This document shows, one piece after another, positions 46,094 through 60,821 of a DNA stretch of 64,000 bases. Source of the stretch: Octopus vulgaris (taxonomy: Eukaryota). The DNA lies in contig OX597835.1 of NCBI GenBank assembly GCA_951406725.2, forward strand, positions 44,020,001-44,084,000. Reading direction: 5' to 3'. The position numbers and the translations under genes were made by a program. Under the pieces are notes generated by a model. That model searched no databases. It saw nothing but the letters and a program-made list of their open reading frames with translations, and was not told the DNA's origin. The stretch's first letter is position 1, and every line of letters starts with the position of its first letter.

Positions 46094-46771
46094 AAGAAGA
46101 AGAAGGAGGAGGATGAGAAGAAGGAGGAGGAGAAGAAGAAGAAGAAGAAAATTGAGGAAAATCACAATGAATTGTAAAGAACAACTGAGAAGAAGAACCA
46201 CTTTATGGCCAACACCTCACAATGCTCGTCAGAGAAAAAAGTTCGTCAAAATTAAAGCCAAATATTGCTTAAAAGATCCTTACAAGGAGCAGAAAGTAAT
46301 TTAGTGGTTCTAATAAGTACAGGGTCAATGCATCACGACAAATACTTGAAGAAGGAAATCATGGAAATAGATTCGAATCCCGGAATGCAAAATGTGCGAC
46401 CCGCTTAATAAGCTTATGGAATCCTTTCTCACAATTCTGATCAATATGCTTCGCTTTACTCGAAACAGCTGTAAGAGACACTATCGGTTTCTATTCTATT
46501 TCTAAATCAAAAGCTTTTCCAGTGAAGCCAAATATGCTACTTTTTAATCTGCTGTTTTAATCTCTAGCCATCCGCTTAGGATCCACAATTTTAGCTTCAG
46601 TTTAGGCTGGAGTTTTAGTGGTTAACCAAATTGAGCTTTCACAGTGCAGTTTTGTTACATTACCCTCTCTCTCCCTCTCTCCCTCTCCCCCTCTCTCTCT
46701 ATATATATTTATAAATATGCGCGTGTTTATGTATACACACACACCCGTACACACATATATATACATATATG

Positions 46772-46815
<44 letters not shown>

Positions 46816-47471
46816 GATATATATATTCGAATGTGAGTATGTGTAAATGTGTATATATATATGTGTGTGTGTCTGTGTATGTATGTATGTATGTATATAT
46901 ATATATGTAAGTATGTAAACTTTTAGAAATAATAATGACGATTGGACACACACACACACATACACACACACACACACATGAAACATGGGGGTTGAGAATA
47001 TCGATGTGTACATGCGGTTACGCGTGTGTACTTGTGTGTGCGCCTGCGTGTGTATGTGTATGTGAGTGTGCATCTATGTGTGTGTACGCACGTGTGTGGT
47101 GTGTGTGTGTGTATGTTTGTGACAGCTAAGATCTATCGGCTGTTATCATGTGGTAACGATCGAAGGAGATTAAGCATTCACGTTTGCGATGTCTGTACAT
47201 GATGTTTGCTCGAAATTTGCCGAGATTTTATGTCGAGATAGAGCGACAAAGTAATGCTTGGAGTCTTGGATGAAATAGATTTGGTTCCCATGACACAGAT
47301 TCTTCTATATCTTCGTAGATCACCGATATTTCTGCTGCTACAGTCGTGCCACTACCGAATATGTACGTGTGTGTTTGCGGTGGCGGATGTAGGTAACGTG
47401 TGTATATAAGCATATAGGTGTTGCGCGTTATGTACACACACACATATGAATGTATATGGGAATACATATAC

Positions 47472-47507
<36 letters not shown>

Positions 47508-47588
47508 GTGTGTTGCGTGTTATGTACACACACACATATGACTATATATATATATATATGATTTTTACATACGTATATTTATATATCA

Positions 47589-47647
<59 letters not shown>

Positions 47648-47791
47648 GATATATATACATAGATATAAATACACACAATCTTAGATATGCACATACATGC
47701 TTATATATACATAAACACCAATATGTATATATGTATAAACATGCATTTATACACATGCACATTAACACACATACATATATACGTACGTAAG

Positions 47792-47835
<44 letters not shown>

Positions 47836-47898
47836 CACGTTGTTAAACGGTGTGAAGCTGCGTTATTTCGTCTGGGGTAAAGCTCTTTGAATATATAT

Positions 47899-47951
<53 letters not shown>

Positions 47952-48196
47952 TATATACATAGGAAAGGTGTTGCGTGATGTTAGTGACAATATAGATTTA
48001 TATGGGTTGGGTCAAATTAGGATACCATTAGCATTCCAAATGTCTTATAGTGTTTCCAACATGAAGAGTGTTATTCGCAAAATGTGTGTTTGTTATCGTC
48101 ATATCTATATTGAGGCGTATATGCGCGCGTGCGTGTGTGTATGTATCGTTTATATATATATATGTATATATATATATATAAGTATATATATATACG

Positions 48197-48228
<32 letters not shown>

Positions 48229-48284
48229 TATATACGTATATATATATACATGTATATATATATATGTATATATATATGTATATA

Positions 48285-48348
<64 letters not shown>

Positions 48349-49050
48349 CAAAGAGAGAGAGAGAGAAATGAAAAGTTGAAAGGAATAAATTTGCAGATAA
48401 AGCGAAGATGAAAAATGAGGTGTGTGTGTGTCTTGTTGAAATACACAATGATATTGACACGTGATACAGAAAAGAAGACAAATATCTAGCCCCCCCCCTA
48501 GACACCCATATCCACCCACCCACCCACAGATACATGTTTTTGTGTTTGCTCAACATTTTATCGTTTAAACGTATATTTTACATATAAAATATAACGCACT
48601 GTTTTTTTTATAATAATGAAAAAAAAAAAATCTTTGAAGAAACGACAAGAGAGTCGGATTTTTTTTATAGTGTTCCAAACAGCGAATAATGAAAAAATAT
48701 GAAATATGTTTGATATCACATGATATAAAAAGAAGACCACAGCGTGTCGTTAATAAGCACACATACAAGCTTCCATAAACTACGAAGTAGGATGCACATT
48801 ATACCATCGCGTTCGCCCTGCTAATCTGTTAGTAGTTGTTTAACAAGAAATATCTGCTCATGTTCAAATCTTTGTTTTTAATATTATGTGCATATACACA
48901 GGTATGTTCCAGAATATCAAACGTCCATTGTTTTCATCAATGTAACTAACACTCAGATTGATTGCATCTGTATGTATATATGTATATATATCTTCCTATC
49001 GTTTCCGTTCTTCACCTCTCATGCGTACATACATATATACATGCATACAT

Positions 49051-49196
49051 ACTGTAAAAATATGCAAGACTTTCCTCAATTTCCAAATGTGCATTTGTCT
49101 GTCTTAACGACACCCCAAAGATGGAGCCTTGTATCTTCGTTGGAAACCGGCTCCCTCCTCAGTGGAAGATTTATGATAATTAAAATATAGAAGAGA
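49051..49196 (+). mobile_element. 3' tip of an R4/Dong-like LINE related to family 2
   Basis: TVKICKTFLNFQM matches the C-terminus near 50480 (TVKICKTFQKF); 3'UTR motif ggagccttgtatctt..ttggaaaccgg; CATA-repeat flanks. Confidence 0.7.
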
Positions 49197-49261
49197 CATA
49201 CATGTATGTACATACATATATAGAATAGTAGCCGAATAAAGAAAATATGGACCTCGGAACT

Positions 49262-50703
49262 CTCTACATTCAATAAAATATTGGTCCACATTGTGTTTGC
49301 AGTACTCATACCAATATTTAGGCTGCTTGATGAGATACGAGCCATTGATGTGAAAATCCGGAAGATACTAACCTGCACACAGAATTTCTACATGAACACT
49401 GACTTAGACCGCCTCAACTTCAAGTGTCAAAGCGCATCAATTGATCAAGTTTGCGTACATGAAGCTGACAACATCATAAGACTTGGAAAGTACCTCCTTG
49501 AGCAGCATTCTTTGTCTGATACGCGTAAATAGATGCCACAACGCATCATCAGATGAAAGGATGAGCGAATATCAGCAGAAGATCATTCATGGAAACGTTA
49601 GTAGAAAGCTCCAGGACTTGAATACTAACTCCCACTTTGAAGGGTACGCGTTTACAATCCAGGAACAAGAAATAGCAACGAAATGCCTGATGCACAAAAA
49701 TGATATAGACCCAGGAAAAGCAGCAAAATGTGATAACCGATGGAGACTTTGTAGAGTTAACTAGCTGGCAGAAACGTTAGCACGCTGGGCGAAATGCGTA
49801 GCCGTAGTTCGTCTGCCGTTACGTTCTGAGTTCAAATTCCACCGAGGTCGACTTTGCCTTTCATCCTTTCGGGGTCGATAAGTTAAGTACCAGTTCACTG
49901 GGGTCGATGTAATCGACTTAATCCCTTTGTCCTTGTTTGACTCTTCTGTCCTTGTTAGACTTCTGAAATGGTCGACTTAGCTCATCCTTTCGGGGTCGAT
50001 AAGTTAAGTACCAGTTCACTGGGGTCGATGTAATCGACTTAATCCCTTTGTCTGTCCTTGTTTGACTCTTCTGTGTTTAGCCCCTTGTGGGTAGTAAAGA
50101 AATATATATAATGAGATCTGTCGGAAAGATAATTTCGAGGCCAAAGAAATACGAAAACACAATATGATGGAGTACTGGTGAAATGTCCCAGTGAAAACCT
50201 CAAATGTAAGCACAACAGACCTGACATAATGATTTGGGATAAGGAAGAGAAACTGTTGTGGAAATCAGTTACCCACCGGATGTTAACATAAATCTGAAGA
50301 TCAGCAAAAAAGAGAATACCAACGTTGAACTATTGAGATCTGAAGTTACTCTCTCTAGGTTACAAGTTCAGGTTTATACCTGTAATTAATGGGGCTCTGG
50401 GATATGTAACACACTGCCTAAATACCAATCTTGTGAAATTAGGTTTTTGAAAACCAGAAAGTAGAAAGTCATCACTGGAACTGTAAAAATCTGTAAAACT
50501 TTCCAGAAGTTTATCATTTAAATATATATGAGCTTGTCCTAGATATGTAACTATATGCATGAAAATACACACATGAAGCAAAACATAAAAATCTGCACAT
50601 ATACATATACAAAAATACCCTGCTCATATTGTTGAGATTCCAGTGAAGGAGTCTTGCATCTTGGTTAGAAACCAGCAAAAATATTGAAATATAACAGAAT
50701 AAA
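49262..50703 (+). pseudogene. R4/Dong-like LINE family 2: RT thumb, partial CCHC, RLE and 3'UTR, interrupted by a SINE
   Basis: FNKILVHIVFAVLIPIF..EIRAIDVKIRKILT..DLDRL; IHG..SHFEGYAFTIQEQEIATK..RWRLCRV; then KCKHNRPDIMIWD..VVEISYP..FIPVINGALGYV..TGTVKICKTF. Confidence 0.9.
49762..50102 (+). mobile_element. SINE family A (partial dimer) inserted in the R4-like LINE
   Basis: agctggcagaaacgttagcacgc head; B box GAGTTCAAATTCC; duplicated core 49861-49935 / 49982-50060. Confidence 0.93.
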
Positions 50704-50741
50704 GGCATATATACATGCATCAATCTATCTATCTATCTATC

Positions 50742-50841
<100 letters not shown>

Positions 50842-51102
50842 GCAGCTGTGTATACATGTATACATGTGTGTATATGCATTATCTACTTGGTCAGAGGCTA
50901 AGTGAATTTAAATCATGGCTACATATTTGTTTAAGGCACATATCTTGATAAGTGTCATGCGAACGACTCTAATCCCGTAACACACTTTGGTTGCTTCCCA
51001 GTTAATGAATAGACGTTGAGAGTGTTATTTGATGACACTTAACTATCCGCATATTACTCTCTTGAAAACACTTAAGAGCATTGTATTTCTGTCAGATCCC
51101 TC

Positions 51103-51316
51103 ATGGCAGATAAAACGCTAACACAAGACATGTGAAGCCATGCAACCATTATTGCCATTTGTGCGTTGTTACACAGTAATTTAGAAATTACTAACTTTCT
51201 AAATGTTGTAAGATCTTTTGTACACGAAGTCGGATGGGATTGGAAGCTGCTGATGGGATTGTTTCAACTGTATCAAAGAGAAAAACAATATTCTAAATGT
51301 ACGTAGATCGATATCC

Positions 51317-51379
<63 letters not shown>

Positions 51380-52057
51380 AGAAGTGTAGTGAACGAGGCC
51401 GCACAATACAAATCGTATATACTGGGGAGAGATGAATTCTTGTCTGCGCGATACAGGAAAACGGCTTGATCCGTGCCAGTCTGTTCATTAAAGAATTTAA
51501 GATTCTCATGGTGTGCTTTGGTATGATTTCTCCTCTGCTGAGAAACCTTTGACGATAAAAGAAAAAAAGAAACAGTCTTACAGTAAAAACGATAGATGTT
51601 TTGGGGCAGGTCTTCAGAGTGATGTATATTAACTTTCCAACAACTGTGATGTTAGAATTCACGAATAAGGAAAGAAATGTTATGCTATCTCAGAACTTGC
51701 CACACAGTCTTAGAATTAATGTTGCTGCATACGTCGAAGCTCGGGAGAAATTGTTAAGCCCTAAAGGGATGAAGTGTGTAGTCGAAAGCCATGCGCAGTT
51801 CAACAAGACTCAGCATGTTTTCATGCACATCATGTAACAATAGAAAGAACGTCAAACTGTCTTTAGGACCACGTGACACCAAATTCATGACCTCCAAAAA
51901 GCATGCTTGGGTCACTGTTAAAGGAGAAGCTAATCGGAATACACTTTGACCAACTGACGTCCAAAATAAATAAAGTTCCTTTAGTGCAGATATGTCAAGG
52001 ATTCCGGTCGGGCATTAGGCGTAGTCATCGAAAAGGAAAACCGGATTCATACCATAA
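51103..52057 (+). pseudogene. maT/DD37D-like (Tc1-mariner superfamily) transposase pseudogene, split by (TCTA)n
   Basis: MADKTLTQDM*SHATIIAI..HSNLEITNFLNVVRSFVHEV (HTH); SSAEK (FSDEK-like); FPTTVML..LRINVAAYVE; AVQQDSACFH..DHVTPNS*PPKS; CQGFRSGI..VIEKE..GFI. Confidence 0.8.
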
Positions 52058-52161
52058 ATTTAGAAGAAAGTTTATTGAGAGCATTTGTCCAATCTTTATG
52101 AAAACACACACTTACAAACACAAGGTCATTGTAGATCAAGGAATTGGTAAAAGAATCAATT

Positions 52162-52245
<84 letters not shown>

Positions 52246-52524
52246 TCTAATGTAGGATAAAACTTTTTAGAAAAAAACCAAATTAATTGCCAGCATATTA
52301 AAAAATACCTTTAAAGGTTAAATTTATAAATAACTTATAAAATAAGGGCAAAAGAAAAATTCTAATGCCAAATATGCCGAAAATAGACAAATTGTCAATA
52401 ACCATTATAATTTATGCGTCTCGAAACAAGCCGATAGAAATTTCTTTAAAATTTTGTTATTACCGTATTGGTCCCAATTTCGGAGTTAATTCATAAGAAT
52501 TTTCTCCTTATATATATATATAAG

Positions 52525-52589
<65 letters not shown>

Positions 52590-52592
<3 letters not shown>

Positions 52593-53285
52593 TACTGCTG
52601 TTAGATATAAACTTCACCTTTATTTACGGTTTCCTTTGTAAATATACTGACTACCTACAACCTATATGTTAGTGACACATATATCCTATTAAGCACATCG
52701 GATATACCTAATTAGGGATAACTCCTTCAGATTACACCGGCGGTCAACTAGCCGAGCAGGCAGACACGCGAATTCATAGCATAAATTTAGAAGAAAGCTT
52801 ACCTTGAGAGCATTCAACCAATCTTTATGAAAACATCTACACTTACAAACACAAGGTCATTGTAGATCAAGGAATTGGTAAAATGTAATCGAATTCAAAC
52901 ATTTTCCTTTCACGTTTTCTCCGTCTACACACACACACACACACACACTATATATACCTTTGTTCTGATGACGTCTACCATTTGCAACGAGGTAAATACA
53001 TATTTGCCTCATCATGGTACACAGAAACAGCCGTAAGCTCACTCTTGCCTTCACCTTGCTTCAGTGATTAAATAATGGCTTTTTAGCACCAAACACACAC
53101 TTCACATTGTTGTTTTTCCTGCATTTTCATATCGTCCATATATAAATTAAACTACTGTTACCTTTTAAATTAGCGGCTGCCGTATACCTTATACCAAGGA
53201 CCATACTTACTGAGGTAATTACCAAGACTGCCTTTCGATACATCTATCCCTTAGAGGGTTTAAACACCTCTAACTTATACCTTAC

Positions 53286-53290
<5 letters not shown>
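52590..53290 (+). mobile_element. Penelope-like element 3' fragment / pLTR-like module in (TA)n
   Basis: Weak GIY-YIG-tail-like reading (INLEE-RKL-LESI) followed by a hammerhead motif; flanked by (TA)n; 52781-52900 also present at 52045-52165. Confidence 0.5.
52962..53038 (+). ncRNA. Degenerate minimal type-I hammerhead ribozyme motif
   Basis: gtt-CTGATGA-stem II (gtctaccat/atggtacac enclosing gaggtaaata/tatttgcctc)-GAAA-cagccg-TA-agc. Confidence 0.65.
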
Positions 53291-53354
<64 letters not shown>

Positions 53355-53426
53355 GTGTGTGTGCGTGTGTTTGTGTGCATGCGTTTGTGTGGGTATATAT
53401 TCGTATATTTCAATATATAATGTGTA

Positions 53427-54885
<1,459 letters not shown>

Positions 54886-55141
54886 TAAAAAATCATAGCA
54901 GATCTAGAATAAAAACAGCTGGAATATATAGTGAAGGAACTGGAAATGTTAAAAGCAAAATGGGGGTGGAGGTGGGGGTGGCGAACGATGATAAACATTT
55001 TATGGGATTCAAAAAGATTTAGATTTCCGTGCAAGGAGAAAAGGCAAAAACAAAAATATATATAAAATTATGTGCTTGATGTGAAATATGTATATCGTGT
55101 AAAAATATCTAGCATGTGATATTTATAGCTAGCATGTTATA

Positions 55142-55204
<63 letters not shown>

Positions 55205-55301
55205 ACATATATATGCATATATACATATACATATATATATGTATATATATTTTATACATATGTATATATGTATACATATATATGCATATGTATACATATA
55301 T

Positions 55302-55342
<41 letters not shown>

Positions 55343-55997
55343 CATATACACATATATATATATGTGTGCAATATACATACCGACGAATAAATGTGCGTGT
55401 GTGTGTGTATGTAGAGAGAGATTGAGAGAGATTGAGAGAGAGAGAGGGGGAGAGAAAGAACGAGAGGAAGAGGGAGAGAGCGAATTACATAATACAGATC
55501 CACAAAGATATATATATATAGGCACGTGCCTACAAATATATATTTGCATCAAAATTTAAGTATAGACATATACACACATACGTGCAATTACAAATACTTA
55601 GATGCACACGCAAGCTACCATCCCTCCGCCACACACATATATAATTTATTTATATAGGTGTGTATATGTATAAATATACTCATTATTTACAATATATATA
55701 AATGTAATATAATAGACATGGAAGGCACTCAATGAAACAATGGAACATACCCAGAACTTCATGCACCGCATGTAATTCTCTGGATATGAACAGAAGGATA
55801 CGAATCGGGGGTAGAAGGGAGCTGGGAAGAAAATAGATTGCGTCATATGTAATGATGCCAGTGGTATCTGCCCTTGATGCAGTGGTAAAGACAGGAATGG
55901 TATGCTCACACAACCGCATAGAAACACTACAACACGCAGAGGTACACATACACATACGAGCACACACGCACGCACGCACACACACATATATACAACC

Positions 55998-56206
55998 GAG
56001 GCGGCGAGCTGGCAGAAACGTAGCCGTATTTCGTCTGTCGTTACGTTCTGAGTTCAAATCCCGCCGAGGTTGACTTTGCCTTTCATCCTTTCGGGGTCGA
56101 TAAATTAGTACCAGTTACGCACTGGGGTCGATGTAATCGACTTAATCCGTTTTTTCTGTCCTTGTTTGTCCCTTCTATGTTTGGCCACTTGTGGGTAATA
56201 AAGAAA
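55998..56206 (+). mobile_element. SINE family A, short-tail type
   Basis: gaggcggcgagctggcagaaacg...gagttcaaatcccgccgagg...cttgtgggtaataaagaaa. Confidence 0.92.
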
Positions 56207-56676
56207 CACATATATACAACCGCTCACACACGAACCCATGAATGCAGAATACATACATACGTACACGTATACATAATGCATACATACATACATACATACA
56301 TACATTCATGCATACATACATACATACATACATACATACATACATACGTACATACATACATACATATACAAGCACACGCGCACGCTGACACGCACACACA
56401 CGCTCGCAACAAGATCTCAAACAAACAAACGCAGCCTCTATAACGGACTAAGTCAAGAGTCATTGAAATGGTTGTAAGAAGCAACGGAAGAATTGAGACA
56501 AACTAAAGCAAAATAATCGGATGGTTAATGAAAGAGTGGAATTGAACCAGAGCGAGTGTTAATTATATTGGCATAATGACCCTCCCTGGATACAACAAAA
56601 TTTGTTTCAAGACACTAATCCACGTAAAGAATCTTGCCAACCAAATACAACAACGAAGTATATACATATATATATA

Positions 56677-57078
56677 CTTTCATTTCATTTATTCATTTAC
56701 TTGTTTCAGTCATTTGACTGCGGCCATGCTGCAGCACCACCTTTAGTCGTACAAGTCGACCCAAGGACTTATTCTTTGTAAGCCTAGTACTTATTCTATC
56801 GGACCCTTTTGCCGAACGCTAAGTTTCGGTGACGTAAACACATCAACATCGGTTGTCAAGCGATGGAGGGGGCGGGCAAACACAGACACACACACACAAA
56901 TATTTATATATATACTTATATACACGACGGGTTTCTTTTCAGTTTTCGCCCACCAAATCCACTCACAAGGCTTTGGTCGGCCCGAGGCTATAGTAGGAGT
57001 CACTTGGCCAAGGTGCCATGTAGTAGGACTGAACCCGGAATCAAGTTGTTTCGAAGCCAGCTTCTTTCCACTCGGCCA
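56677..57078 (-). mobile_element. SINE family B, near full length
   Basis: Inverse of 30699-31106. Confidence 0.9.
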
Positions 57079-57079
57079 A

Positions 57080-57190
57080 GTATTATTCAGTTTATTTCAA
57101 GATTTCTTGCCAATAAAGAACCGGTTTCGAACCTAGATCCGAGTCTCCTTTATTGGAATTTCAACATCAACAACAGGGTATTTTTGTATG
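57080..57190 (-). mobile_element. 3'UTR fragment of R4-like LINE family 2 abutting (TACA)n
   Basis: Reverse reads catacaaaaataccctgttgttgatgttgaaattccaataaaggag...gaaataaactgaat, matching 50605-50700 and 43338-43390. Confidence 0.8.
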
Positions 57191-58566
57191 TATGTATGTA
57201 TGTATGTATGTATGTATGTATGTATGTATGTATGTATGTATGTATGTATGTATGTATGTATGTATGTATGTACGTATTTATGTATGTATCCATCCATCTA
57301 TCTATCTATCTACCTATATTGTATGCATATATAAGTGTATCTGTTTTATCTAATAAACTATACATGTAACAGGTACATTATACCCATACTCATATACCTA
57401 CAAACACACATACAAACACACACACATACACATACACAAACACACACTCAGATATACACATATATATTTATACCCAGGGAGTATTTTCAAATACTATGCG
57501 TTTAGGACATTACTGACATCATATCGTTATTTTTTGGTACAAATGTTCAATTTAATTTCGCGGTAGGTAGGAGACGCATTTTGAACGTGGAATCAGAGCG
57601 GTTGTATCAAGCAGAACAATCCACGAGACAGTAGTGTCATGGCCGAAATTAAATACCGCTCTCGTGTCTTTGGTATCTCAAACGCTCATATCTTGTAAGC
57701 GCTTTGTCTTTTTATTGCATGTCACGTAATGGACATACAGCAAAGTCGCGGATAATTTAATTATGTAACGACAACAAAAGAACTCTAATCTAAAACTCAA
57801 ACTCCAGAACAATATAAATATAATTCCTGGCTATTAAATGATTCTATTTTGAACCGTAAACATGCGGATAGATAAGAGACACATGACAACGGCATCCATT
57901 TGCATTTAAAGTGGAAGGGACAGAGAATGTCCACTCACATAGAAAAGATCAATGTTCAACAGCCTTATTTAGAAGAGCGTTTTACTTTCTCATTTTAGTT
58001 TCTCCTCCCCATACGAAGCATGAGATAAACAAATTCAGAGAATAAAACAAACACCAGTCAACAGAGGGTGTTCCAATACTCTGCTACGCGAAGTCACAGA
58101 AGACTACAAGCTGAAGCAGAACACAAAGGATACATCAAATACCATACCTATTAAAAATACACAAACCGCGCTTAAAGTGTATTATAGGAATCAAATGCAT
58201 AATGCGAGAGAATGGACGAACACATTATGAAAAACCTCATAAAAGAGAATGCATTACACAAGATGCATTACAGCAAAGTATAAACGAACACTAATAACAC
58301 AGAATGAAAACAATGAAATTAAAAACCACACCCGTAGGCTCGTAATGGACGGACAACAAAGACTAAATGCGATGCGTTACACCGCAGAACACAAAACGGA
58401 AACTAGATTGGTGAAGATTAGTGGACGACATATCTATACTCGGCAGAATTTCCTTTAGTATAAACGATTAATGATGGAAGCAATACTCGTAAGGGAAGAA
58501 CAATGTTAAGATACACACAGAGATAGCATACACTGCTCACAAATAAAAATGAACACTTCATTGATG

Positions 58567-58607
<41 letters not shown>

Positions 58608-58697
58608 GGAAAGTTTACGAAAATAAACAAAAGACGAAGACAGGTGGTGTACAAAACAAACAGATGTATTAGAATAACGCTCAGGAATAGAAAAAGT

Positions 58698-58733
58698 CTT
58701 TTACGTTTCGAGCCTACGCTCTTCTACAGAAAG
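58698..58733 (-). ncRNA. Hammerhead-like motif with variant core in a Penelope-LTR-like module (58600-58800)
   Basis: cttt-CTGTAGA-A-GAGC gtag GCTC-GAAA-cg-TA-aaag. Confidence 0.5.
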
Positions 58734-58829
58734 GGTCACAGAGAAAACAAGGAGAGAAACAAGGAAAGAAAAAAGGAGAGAAAAAAGGAGAGAAAAGTTA
58801 TATATATATATATATAAGTTAACGGGCAA

Positions 58830-59075
58830 AGCTGCTAATAGTTTTGTTAATATATTCACCTACCACATTGCCCCTGTTTACTATGAAAAAATAGTAAAGA
58901 AATAACTCTATATCTTTTCTAATGTCGATGTGTATTCCTATATCGTTTTCCCCGTGATCAGAACAGTCGAAGCATGGAATAAACTTCTTGTGTTGGTCCT
59001 TAGCTGTTTGGAACATAAATCCTTCACAAAATTCGTAAATTCCTAAAACTGCTGCCACCATTACTGTTGTGTATG
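58830..59075 (-). pseudogene. Probable decayed RTE (BovB-like) RT fragment
   Basis: AKDQHKKFIPCF-DCSDH..IGI resembles the recalled RTE motif AREFQKNIYFCF(IDYAKAF)DCVDH..MGI with deletions. Confidence 0.4.
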
Positions 59076-59402
59076 TGTACCTTGCCCTATTCATGGCGCT
59101 TTTATTCATTCCCTTCTCTCTCTTTTAACTGTTTTATTCTGTGCAATATGCATGCTCTTTTTGGGGAGGGGTCCAGTCAATTAGATCAACCCCAGTACTC
59201 AACTGGTACTTAATTTTTCGACCTTGAAATTTCAGGCCTTGTACCTATAAAAGAAAGGACCATTTCTTAATGGTTTGTAATGTTATAATTTTGACTTTTG
59301 GCCTCATCATTACTTGTGTTATGTTACTTAATTATTTTGGTTGTATAATTCATCCATACAAACTCGCCAAGGTTTAAGAAGCTCTCCCAGCGTTTAAGAA
59401 TA

Positions 59403-59618
59403 TTGGTTTCAGATTTCGTCGATTGTAAGAGAGGAGATAAGTCAATTAACTGCTTAACTGGTACTTATTTTATCGATCTGGAAAGGATGGAAGGCAAAGA
59501 CAACCTCGAAGGAATTTAAACACAGAACGTGACGGCGGACGAAATGCCGCTAAGAATTTCTTACTGGTTTGTAAGGCATTTTGTCCGGCATGCAAACCAT
59601 TCTGCCAGCTCGCCGCTT
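59403..59618 (-). mobile_element. SINE family A
   Basis: aactggtacttattttatcgat core; ttctgccagctcgccgc head. Confidence 0.85.
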
Positions 59619-59793
59619 TAGTAGTAGTAGTAGTAATGATGATGATGATGATGATGATGATGAAGTTACTGTTGTTGTTATAAACCCCGTATTTGGCATG
59701 TCAAATGACATTTCGAATTTATCACGTTAGATACGTTTGCAATGAAATTACACTTCGAAAGAATATAAAAATGAAAAACACACACACATACAC

Positions 59794-59893
<100 letters not shown>

Positions 59894-60419
59894 GTCTATC
59901 CATCTATCTATGTGTGCGTCTGTATATGTATCTATATCTGTCAACGCAGCTATCTCTATATGTACAACAGTAAAGAATATGAATCCCTGTCGTCAAATCG
60001 TCTGTTGTTTTTAACTGTTTTATTAAATTAATAGACGATATTTCTGTCTTTTGCACATCGACGTACACGTGCAATCACCAAACACACGCAAATACATACA
60101 TACATACATACATACATACATACATACATACATACATACATACAAACATACATAGACATACATATATATGTCGGTATGTGTGGTGGTGGTTGTGGTTATG
60201 ATGGTGGCGAGAAAGAAGTATGTGTTACATAACTTTTCGTATGCAAATTTTTCAAAGAACCGTTTAAAATAGCAATTGTCATGTATATGTGGTTCTACTT
60301 CTTGTCATGTGATGAGAATTGCTTTCTCACATACACACCCGCTTCATATTATTGTGACACCCAAAGAGTAAAAACTAAACAGGCGGTGGTGACACCGTGT
60401 AATAAGGATTAATAGTGCT

Positions 60420-60570
60420 TTCTGCTGTAAGCACAAGGCCTGAAATTTAGGGGGATATGTGGGGGGGGGGGCTAGTCAATTACACCGACCACAGTCCTTC
60501 AGTGCTACTTATTTCATCGACCCCGAAAGGATGAAAGGCAACGTCGACCTCGATGACATTTGAACTCAGG
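60420..60570 (-). mobile_element. SINE family A, 5'-truncated
   Basis: gcacaaggcctgaaattt tail; atcgaccccgaaaggatgaaaggca core. Confidence 0.85.
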
Positions 60571-60633
60571 AAGCAAGGCGTGAATGCAAACCGATCTTTA
60601 AACGCACACTCGTGCCTATATATATATATATCT

Positions 60634-60722
<89 letters not shown>

Positions 60723-60723
60723 T

Positions 60724-60778
<55 letters not shown>

Positions 60779-60785
60779 AGATCTA

Positions 60786-60821
<36 letters not shown>

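Noticed and set aside
46200-46236. CTGACGA on the minus strand as a hammerhead core
   Set aside because: No downstream stem II closure or GAAA
47228-47360. Possible minus-strand exon (AAEISVIYEDIEESVSWEPNLF...)
   Set aside because: No polypyrimidine tract, no recognisable homology, and the rest of the ORF is microsatellite
48701-48722. Similarity to miR-190 (atatgtttgatat)
   Set aside because: Partial match in AT-rich DNA, seed start differs and no hairpin partner is visible
58819-59109. 96-aa minus ORF resembling a signal peptide plus CxxC (Ly6-like) secreted protein with a good Kozak context
   Set aside because: Better explained as a decayed RTE reverse-transcriptase segment (CF..DC.DH..GI); too few cysteines and no clear donor site
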